The position numbers and the translations under genes were made by a program. Shown here one piece after another: positions 53,352 through 64,000 of a DNA stretch of 64,000 nt (within the stretch, counting starts at the first letter, position 1; each line of letters opens with the position of its first letter). This DNA comes from Chrysomallon squamiferum (taxonomy: Eukaryota > Animalia > Mollusca). Below the pieces are notes generated by a model. The model searched no databases. It saw nothing but the letters and a program-made list of their open reading frames with translations, and was not told the origin of the DNA. The stretch spans positions 42,718,001 through 42,782,000 of the forward strand of contig CM022665.1 of assembly GCA_012295275.1 (NCBI GenBank). Reading direction: 5' to 3'.

Positions 53352-55827
53352 ATTGGCACAATCATTTAAACTGTTTTTAGAAACCTTGCAATGATTAACA
53401 CTCATCATCAATAAATAAATCAAGCTATCAGTGTCATGTTTAAAAACTGCCACTACTGTTACAAAGCAAAGAATCTTTTATCTGCTTCTTTTCCTCTAAC
53501 ATTCAAATAACTGTTATTTTTATTTATGTCATGAGTACGATGTCTACCACATTGTTAACAAAAACTTATTTTTTCGTCTTCCAATTCTTCTTCTTCCTAT
53601 CTTTAATTATAACAGAAGATACATATATTTTTTTCCCCCAGTTGTTGTTCTGTCTATCGTTATTTGTAAGAGGAGATATAAATAAGCTGGCTGATGAGTC
53701 TCAGAAAGGTGTTGGCAGGAATAATTTAAAATGTGACCAACAGAGATAGTGAACAGCAGGTGTTCAGGTGTACACAGGTAATGATAGTCACAACATTTGT
53801 GTAACTGGAAAATTCAAAATAATTTCTGTTATACAGATATAATGGTGAGAAGGTGTGTGAATGTGTGTGTGTGTGTGTGTGTGTGTGTTTAGATGTTTAT
53901 ATGTGTGTGTGTGGATGAGCAAATGTGTCTATGGGTATATGAATGTGTGCATATATGTGTATGCCTGTGTATGTATTTATAAGTGTTATATTTGTGTGTG
54001 TGTGTTAAAGTCTGTATGTGTGTGTATATGAGTTCTGCATACCTGAGTTTTGCATAATAATTTGTTTCTGTTTGTAAATTTATATTTGTATATAATACAT
54101 ATATAATATCAAAGTTACATTTCTGAATGCCGGTCTGAATACACAGGCATGCTTTTATATATATATATATATATCTAAACCACACACACTATCATCCCTT
54201 AACTTATATCTATGAGTCTATGCACATGTGTTTATCTTTATGTGCTCACAGCATTCTGTTTTGTTCAATAATGACAAGAATGGCGTATTTTCAGGAATCT
54301 AATCAGGACAATGCCCTCACTCTGGTAATGTGTGTGAGGTGTAAGTAAGCTAGAACAAAGCTGAATGATACATGAAGCCTGCCAGTGTTATCAGTGTAGT
54401 AATGTATAAAATTACACACCTGCTTCACGTCTAGTATCAGTGCCCACTAGATCACAAAACAACTAGGTGTGTGACAACTCATTCTTTTAAGACTTTTTAC
54501 ACCAATACTTTTTTTTTAAACATTTTTTTCACAGTAAACTACCAATTTGTCTGTGAATGCTTCTGCGTGTGTGTATCTCAGTGTGTGTATATGTATATAT
54601 ATGTATACATATTACAATATATATGTATACATATTACAATAAAATACCTTTCTTTTCATAATTCATATTTGGTAACTTAATGATACTTGATAAAGCAGCA
54701 ATACATTGATCAATTATTCATCCACGACAATGCAAAATTTATTTTGTTTTTTGTTATTACAAATATTTAATAGTTAAAAGCTATCTTATGCACTGTTACT
54801 CACTTTTTAATTCCCACTGTTTACTGAACATTTTTTTGGGGGGTGGGGGTCATTTTCTATGTCAGTATTATTTACTTTGTTTTTGTTGTGTAAAAGATAA
54901 ACATTTATTATTTATTTAATGGCATATTAATTTAATATTTAGTAACAAAACAAGTTACTGAAAAAAAATCCCCGAACGAAACAAAAAAATCCACCAACTA
55001 ATGAAACTGAAAAACAATTTGATCAGAATACAAGGACAAAATAAGAAATAAATGCTGTCATTTTATTTATTTTTCATCTAGATAAAATAAATATGACAGC
55101 TGAAAAAAGAAACTATTTATTTAAGTAAATGAATAATGTCTATTACACAGTTTTATCTGAGTTGCATCTGTTGAGTTGATAGAGGTATGCCACAGGAAAT
55201 TATCTGCATACTAATTCAACATTTTAATAATATATTTACATATATAAACTTTTTATATTTTGTATTTATTTATTTTTTCCCACATAAATATTATAAGTAA
55301 ATATACTGTAATTTAATGTATTAAGATCATTTGGCGTTAAAATAAACAGAAATGATGCAGATAATTATTTTAATACACATTGGACTCAGTCTTCTTGAGC
55401 AAATTGAAAAACATAATGAAGGCACGTAACTCTTAATAGTCTTTAATCTTTGTCACACTCAGTTAGAGTTATCTCCTGTGAAATGTGTTACATATTGATA
55501 TTCCAAACATTCCAGAATATTCATAGCCGTGATGTATTGATTCTTTTTACCACAAAACAATTAGCTGCCATGAATAAAAAATCAATTGTATGTAGAAATA
55601 CACAGGTAATAAAAAAAAAAAAAAAACAGATCAGATGGTTCAATAGAAAGCTAGCTAATTAAATTGACAAAAACAATGTTGACCTGTTTTAAAGATTCGT
55701 CCTTGTATGCCACACAAAACACTTGAAAATACACTGACATCATCATGCCTGTAAATAATGTTCATGACACTGTTAAAACCACACACACACACACAATCAT
55801 ATTTATCCCATGACTATTTCATCAAAG

Positions 55828-55859
<32 letters not shown>

Positions 55860-57763
55860 CTTCCCTTTCTGAGAAAAGGTGTTTATAAAAAGATAAAAGT
55901 TTGTGAATTGTTTTTGTCAGCAATTTCACCTCTCACACTGACTTTATATTCAAAGTGTATGTTTGGTAACAGTTACTGTTAAGGTGTTGTACAAAGGAGA
56001 AAGCTAAACCAATTACTCATGTAAACTCGGTAGAGTGATGTTGGTATATAGGTAACTACGACCTAGTTCCATGTTTAACTGGCAAAGTGCAACCTTTTAA
56101 CTGATAAACAAATGATAATAATGGCTGACCATGGTGGTTTTGTTCTGCTGTTGTTGAGATTTACAAAATTAACCACTGATTCGTGTATCTCTTCATTTTA
56201 AATAAATTCTATCTGACCAAAGTGTATACATGCTTATTATATATCTGTATATGATAGTCATGTTTACGAGTATCTACATACAAATATATAAACACACACA
56301 CAAACACATACATACATACATATGCACGCACATACACATACACAACTACAAATATATAAATCTGTACATGAAAGTAAAGAGTTCATGTACTGTATTGTAT
56401 AACATTATATTATATTATATCATTATATTATATTATATTATATACATCACTTGATATTTATTATATAGTATACAGAAATATATGTATGTCACCTACATAT
56501 CCTGGCATTTTATAACAATTCTGCTCATATTCTCAAATGTTTAAAATATTTTTCAAGTTTATGATCATTTTCAGAAAATAATTAAAAATAATTTCACATG
56601 CACTTCATGAACATGTTTTTCTATCTTAGGACAGAAAATCTTTATCTTATTTTACTTTATATTTTGTTTTATATATTATTATTATTATCATTATTGTTAC
56701 TATTATTACTATTATTATTAGTAGTAGTATTAGTATTATTTTATTTTTCAATTATTCAATTATTTTATATTTGCCTTTTATTTTGTTTTGTTTTGTTTTA
56801 TAATTTTTTTATTTACTATCCCAGTTTAGTCTACATTACTTCATTTTATTTTTAAAAAATTTCTTTCAGGAGAAACTGGAAAAACAACACTAGACATCTC
56901 TGCATGTCATTTTCACCTGTTTATCAAACAGGATACAAAGGTTTGTCACATGTCAACAAGATACAAATACCACCAGCCCCATCATTATCACTAACAGCAT
57001 CTCAGCCTTTCCTTCTTTTCTGTATCCCAGTTACCTTTTGAAAAACACACTAGGATATCCTCTAAGTTCTCAATAAAAGAAAATAATCATAAAATAGGAA
57101 ACAAGAAATCTTTTATGTAACAACTAGGATATCATGTAGGTTCTGAATAAAAAAAAAAAAAAAAAAAAAAAAATGTTAACACGAAATTGTTTATTTATAG
57201 AACATGATCAATGTATATTCTTGATACAGGCTAAAACTTTAATTAACAGTTTAGTGTAATAAAAGAAAATATTAACAAAAATGGGATCTTTTATGTATCT
57301 ACTAGGATATCCTGTTAGATCTGAATCACAATAACTAATAATAGAAATGGGGAATGTGAAAGTGTTTATTTGTAAAACATGATTAACGTAGGATTCATTG
57401 TTCTCAATACACAAATCTGAATTAGAGGCCCAGTCAACTAGCACAAGATAAATGATGTTAGAAATATAATTTTAAAATATAAATAATTTGTTCTTATAAC
57501 TCCACATTTACATGTCATCATCCTCTGTTTGTTAAAATAATATGTGTTTACTTATTAAATATGCTTGTTAAAGTGCTTTTTAAAAATAACTGTTTTAACT
57601 CTGAACTCTAACACCAGGACATATGTTCATTATTATCTAGAATAAAACTTTCAGATATGAATTACTTTACCTAGATAATTTATAGACAAGATACAGGACT
57701 AAATTTACTTTATTATTATTACTATTATTATTATTATCATTATTATTTTTATTATTTTTATTA

Positions 57764-57804
<41 letters not shown>

Positions 57805-58154
57805 CATTATTATTTAGTATTACACATATTTGTAAGCTGTTGCTCGATAAATTTGTATTTATAGTTTTAGCAGCTATGGGATGACCTGTATTCTAATACA
57901 TGTTTACCTATGACATTAAATCTTTCTCGTAACAATTGTTTTGTCTTTTTTATCTCCTGTGAATCTAACACACAATGGAAAGAACAGATGTTTGTTTGAA
58001 AACAAGCAGGTCTGTTTTTACCACTCCAAATCTTATGATTACAACATCTGGGAATCATCAGGACACAGAATACAGCAGGCAAACAGGACACTGTCAACAC
58101 TGTATGAATATTCTTTTGTAAAGATAAAACAGACTGATGTACACACATACCCCA

Positions 58155-58207
<53 letters not shown>

Positions 58208-60219
58208 CACACACACCCCACAAAGATACACACAAATACAACACACACACCATATGTTCAACACACACAAACAAATAAAAAAGAAAAAATATGCAAAGAT
58301 ACACAAAAAATACAATACACATCCATATGTTCAAACCTAAAAACAAATAAAAAAGACAAAATAGACTTACACACAGATACACAAAACACCTCTATTTTTA
58401 CAAATACAGAAATACTAACAGATAAAAATACAACAATAAATACACACACACCTACTTATACCTTCCACACACAAACACAGAAAAAGACTGTGAAACAAAT
58501 ATACAACCTATGTCCATGATTCATATAAAAATTAAAGAATGATTATTTATAATAAATTTAGTAGCGATTCAAGCTAATGTTTTGAAATTTAATGAAGGAA
58601 TAATTATCATATTTAGTTGAGTTGTTCTTCCATTTTTAGCTTCTATGTCAAATTGTGTATCATCTGATGGCAGACTGACTAAAAGCTGAATTCAATATTT
58701 AAAATGTCTAAATATGCAATTTCATGCCAGAAATAGAACCAGGGAACATTCTGTTACCGCCATCTTGTGTCTTGAGCCAAAACTGAAAATTGCATCATCT
58801 CCTGACTAATATTTACATTTTCTGAATAACTAAAAAAAAAACTCATGTTTTGTGTACCTGTTGTGAAGAAAGGTCTGTATGTACAAAGTGTATGTAAACA
58901 GATGATTGTCTTGTGTATCAAGCTGAAACCAAACCTGGACAGGTGAAACCAGATTTCTTTTAATGTTTGTCAAATAATAAATATTTTTTAATGAGGGGGG
59001 GAAATAATACAGAGATAAAAAAAATAATAATAAAAAGGAAAGGATGACCAAGCCTTTCATACATGAGTGATTTGTAAAGAGGAAGCGAAAAAAATATGAA
59101 ATTAAAACCTGATTAGCCATGCGTAACTATTTTGTAAACTGCTGGTGTATGTTTTATGTATACATATACATTTCACTTGCTGAGTTAACCAAGGTGGAAT
59201 CCACCCAAAACAGAAACCATTGTCTGATATCAGCTGCTTTGTAAATAGTTCTTCATGGTTACCAGACCAATCAATAATACAGACTATCAGAAACTACCAA
59301 AGGAAAAGTTCATATTAATAGTCTGAGTGAAAACAAAAGCATTTATTTATTTTTAAATCTAATTAAATTTGGTGTGAATAAAATTAAAGAGCAACATTAA
59401 GACATTTTGTTATGAAGTACAGTCAATAAATCAAAGAACAATAGTAATAGTAGTAGTAACAGCACCATCAGTTGTAGTAGTTGTTGTAATAATAATAAAA
59501 ACAAATAATAATTAGAAGAAGAAGAAGAAGAAAAAGAAGAAGACAACAATGATGACAATGACAACAACAACAACAAAAGCAAATAAACAAATAAATAAAT
59601 AAATAAAATTTAACATTAATTTTTCATTGTATTCATGCTGGAACTGATAATTTTTCCTGATCTGCACTCAGTCAAAATCCATTAAAAGCAAGCCCATTTG
59701 TTGGTCCAGTAAGAAACCATCTTAGTTATTTTAATCTGTGTGCTTTTAAAACCAGGAAGGAATATATTATACAGCATGATAAAGAAAATCTGTCTTTAAA
59801 ACCAGGAAGCCATATATTATGCAAAATGATGGCTTGAGCAGATTTTCTACTTTTCAACTTTTTTAAATTTTTTTTTTTTAATATCCATATTTCAGTCTGC
59901 AGGTGTACTAAGTAGTACTATGAGCCAATCAGGCAGTTTGTTTTTGGATTTTTTTTTATTTTTGTGGTTTTCTAAAAAAATTAAAAATTTAAAAATTTAA
60001 AATTTAAAAAAATGCTTTTAAAGAAATACATTACTGAGCATTATGAAGCAGGATAAATCTGGACTTGATGACATTCAGAACTTCTGTAAACCTACTAAGA
60101 TAATACAATCAGCTATTTTTATTTTAAATCTAGGCACAAAACAATACAATACGAAATGTGGTCTTATTAATAAATCCATTTTGAGATGAGCTATTTGATC
60201 TCAGAACAGATTATCTCAT

Positions 60220-61610
60220 TATTCAGTTATTTTAAGTAAAATTGTCTTTTTAATGGAACACAATTGATTGGGTTATTTTAAATTATAAGCAGTATTTACA
60301 AGAACATTATGAACAATAAAAAAAAGAAAAAAGAATTGTTATCATACAGTTTTATTTTAGTTATTTCAAATTTGACATTAAGAAACTTGAAGTGACTAAT
60401 GCTTCTACATTTTAAGCACATGAAATGTAAACTCAAACATCCTGTCAAATAATTTTAGTTATTTTAAGTCTTTCATTACACTTCTATAGTTTAACCTGTT
60501 TCTACATTAAATGTAAACCTAGTAAGATATATTGGCAAGTAATTTTAGTTATTTTAAAACCTACATTATAACGCATGATGTGGTTTGTGCTTCTGCATTT
60601 TAACTATCATTTCAAAACACCTAGTGAAAGATAGCTTGACAAATAAATGGAGTTATTTTAAGTCTGGGTTTTTAGATCAAGGAAACACTGCATTGTGAAT
60701 GACTTGTTTAATTTTTAACAAGGCCATGCAAAAATAGTAAATGTAATTTCAGCATAGGAAGATATCTTGTGATCTAAATTAAATAATAAATATTTCTAGA
60801 TAATTTTAGTTAATTTAGGTCTTGTTTTGGAAACAAAAATACATTATGTAACAAAAAATAACTATTATGCTGTTACAATGAAATGGTCTCACTGTGGCTT
60901 GAACTGCCTGTCAAGTTAGAAACAACTATTATCAGTTAATGTTATTTACTATAAATCTTGCTTCTGAAGTAAACAAGGAGTAGAAAAACAAAACTTTACA
61001 GAAGAGGTCTGTTTAATGTTTAACTAATTCATAATGAGAAACAGAGGTAAAGCCAATACAGATATCAATAAGGTAATTTTAATTGTTTTAAGCATTTTGT
61101 TCTTTCAGCAAGGTAACAAGATGTCATGCAACATGATATAACTTTTTAATTTTTAACAAGTCCAATCTGAAACTGTCAGTTTGAAGGGGGAGGAACTGGT
61201 GTAAAACAAGAAAGCAATATCATCAGTTATTTTGTTAATGTAAGCATTTTATTTTTTTTTTTAAAGAAGCAAGGAAACAATACATTATTCAAACATAATG
61301 AGAGTATATTTATTTTTTAACATACTGACAGTCTGTGTTTCATTTTTTTACACTTTCACTGCAGGCAAAGAATATTATTTTTAATCTTATAATAATAATA
61401 ATAATAATAATAGACAATTTTAGTGACTTCAAGACATAGAAGAAAAACATACAACCTAACATCAGTCTGTTTAATTTATAACAAGTTCGATGTAAAACTA
61501 GCAAGGATTGTTATGAGATCATTTTAATTATTTAAAAAACAAGGAAGGAATACATTTATGCAGTGCAAAGTTAATCTGTTTAATTTTTAATAAGTTCATG
61601 TTACATGGGT
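60220..61610. repeat. Highly decayed tandem array
   Basis: About 10 recurrences of aattttagttattttaa, often followed by caaggaaaca...catt...tgtttaatttttaacaag. Confidence 0.55.
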
Positions 61611-62574
61611 GATGCAAACTGCTGTTGAAGTATTGGACATGTATATTAGTAATAATACAAGCCACTGTTTAGGCTTTATATGCATGGACATGTGCATGTG
61701 TTTTGTTCTAGAGATAAAAGCTGATATTTGATATTAACATCAATAAAAAGCTCTTTATGAAATGACTGATTCAGGAAAATAGTAGCCTAACTTGCATCAT
61801 CTTCTTTTTTTAATTTTTAATTTTTTATTTTGTTTGTTTGTTTATAAGAAGAATGTGTCATGTTCATAACTATTACAATTATTTTAATTTTATAAAAAAA
61901 ATCAATAAACTTATTTTAATGTATAAATATTTAACTTAAATGCAAAGTATTCACATTGAGTGCAAGTAACACATGCAGCACAATGCTTGCTTGTTGACAA
62001 GAAATGAACTTAGAAGTCATTGCTGCCACACAAACGATGCAGTCACAGCTGGGATGCTAAATGATATGTCATGCTTGTATTCCACAGCTCTGAGTAAAAC
62101 AGACTTTGCTCCTAACAGGAAAATATAGTCAGTTTCCTCTTTGCATTAATAATGTTATAATTACTAATGTTTTACACCAAACAGCCAGAAACAGAAAATT
62201 AATCATTATACTCAAGCAGTACAAGTAGCGACGTATTGTGATAAAAAAAGAAGAAAAGAAATGTTTTCTTTAAAAAGTATAAATAAATAAAAACAATACA
62301 TATATATATAAAAAAATTAAGAAGGAAAAAGAGAAAAGGAAATATAAAAAAAGTAATATTACTCAGTGATAATATTTTTAACTACATCTTGCCATTAATC
62401 ACAATCTTTACATTTCACAATCTCCACATTTTCTGTTCAAAAATAACCAAAGCAAACACGTTCAAGAAGGAAATTACGTAACACAATGCAAACACAATGA
62501 CCGAAGACAGAGACAGATGAAAGCTATTTACTAATACTGGAAAGCAATGACCAAACAGACTGTAACACAATCGT

Positions 62575-62632
62575 TCCACACAATCTCAGTGTTCATACAT
62601 CAACCGATCTCTGTGTTCATACATCAACCGAA
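62575..62632. repeat. 24-bp tandem duplication
   Basis: tctc(a/t)gtgttcatacatcaaccga occurs twice. Confidence 0.9.
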
Positions 62633-64000
62633 CTCTCTGAATTAAAACAGAAGCCAGATGAGAGTACCAGCTGCCTGGCTTGATCACTGCAATGGCTTCC
62701 TTCATTTTACTTTCTATTTCTTTTGGTGTCGAGCAATTAAGAAAGAACATTTTGTTTTTGTTTTTTCAAATTAGGTTAATCGTTATAAAATGTAAGGCAA
62801 TTTAAATTACTTTTAAGAGAACTTTGTTCTGAGAAACGCGAGTCTCAAGATCATTTCTATTCAATTGAGTCCATTAAAGCCCATTTCCCATTCCAATAAG
62901 TACTCTGTAACTGGTTATCCAGATTATACACAGTCTGCATTTTCTTTTCTAAAGATGCAAAAGATGCCTTGCTGCAAAAGTCCTTGGAATGGCAGCAAGG
63001 TTTCCTTTTGATATCTTTTTTATTTATATATATATATAAAACAGATATTATTACATGTTAATATTTCACCTTAATGTCATTAACTAATGTTAACTGATTT
63101 GTTTCTCTATTAGTTTTAATCTTAATAAATAAAATAAAATTAAATAATAAATAAATAATAACAACATAAAAAAAAAAAAAAAAAAAAAATGAAACGAAAC
63201 AAAAGATTAATGCTTACTAACAACAAACGTGCAGTATAATTAATAAAAGGTACTTTACACTTAATTCAAGTGGTCTGGATTTTTGAGAGGACACACAGAC
63301 ACGTCTTGGCAAGCAAGTTATTTACGACAGGAAGACAACACTCCCAAGGCTGTTGAAGAAATAACTTGACAAATCACACAGTGCAGACTCTCACTGCGTG
63401 CTAACTTAGCTCCACTGTATTCTACTTGACAAAATAGGAAACAAAGCAAACATAAAAAAAAAAAATGTTCATGGTCATTAGTGTTTTGTTTTATTTTCAG
63501 TTTTTCTCTTTGGGGAAGCTGTTCGTAATTAATGAATGGTTTTATTTATTTAGTTATTTTCCATTTTCATTTTTATTCTATTTTATGATAGGCAGATGTT
63601 TTTAGAATATGATAAATAATTTTTTTTTTTTAAATCTTTTAATATTTATTATCATTAGAAAATGAGGATGATGATGATGATGATAGTTATAATAATAGTA
63701 GTAAAAACAATATATCAATAAAATTAAGAAAAATAACTAGAGTAATAATTGTAATAACAATAATAATAAAGTAAATAAACTAATTAATATAATAATAGTA
63801 ATAAATAATAATAATAATAATAAAGTACATTAATTAATTAAATAATAATAATAATAATAATAATGGAAACAGATAAACAAATAACAAATTATCCCCAGTA
63901 TCAAAACGCATTCACCAATATATCACAAGAAGGAATGCAAGTGTTACGTAACTCAGTAAACTGTTGCACACACACACACCCTCTACCAAATATAACACCA

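Noticed and set aside
57867-58519. Longest ORFs in the track (171 and 192 aa)
   Set aside because: They are driven by (CA)n and CA-rich low-complexity sequence, with no domain or splice support.

Overview
AT-rich, strongly CpG-depleted, microsatellite-rich eukaryotic genomic DNA, most likely from a gastropod mollusc (inferred from decayed tRNA-derived SINEs). I recognise no protein family in any ORF-track entry: most are simple-repeat or chance ORFs, and one overlaps a real exon. The main content is the 5' part of a long-intron minus-strand gene for a bHLH-PAS-family (AHR/SIM/HIF-like) PAS protein. Its exons at 33761-33662, 20400-20275, 3265-3132 and 43-<1 splice in phase to give MKTETACNSFGMVLRGRKRKAGVEDVQQKRRKT-DIEYKNQRCLEMGQDTKLRQDMETDDQMEDEDCSKPIVCCGN-GTKNIAEFEGRMMAEALQGFIMYINRKGKILFVSNSVEEHLGLKQ-TMLMGRSVLDVIHQ..., and the gene continues beyond the left edge. 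By eye I found no bHLH exon between the NLS-bearing first exon and PAS-A, and the CpG-retaining upstream region is rich in NCGTG (ARNT-heterodimer) cores. This suggests, but does not prove, a DNA-binding-deficient PAS feedback regulator. About 5 kb upstream lies a cluster of four perfect TTGCGCAA C/EBP palindromes followed by TATA motifs and a perfect + strand splice donor, a candidate divergent transcript or enhancer. The rest is intron or intergenic DNA with SINE relics, minisatellites and microsatellites.
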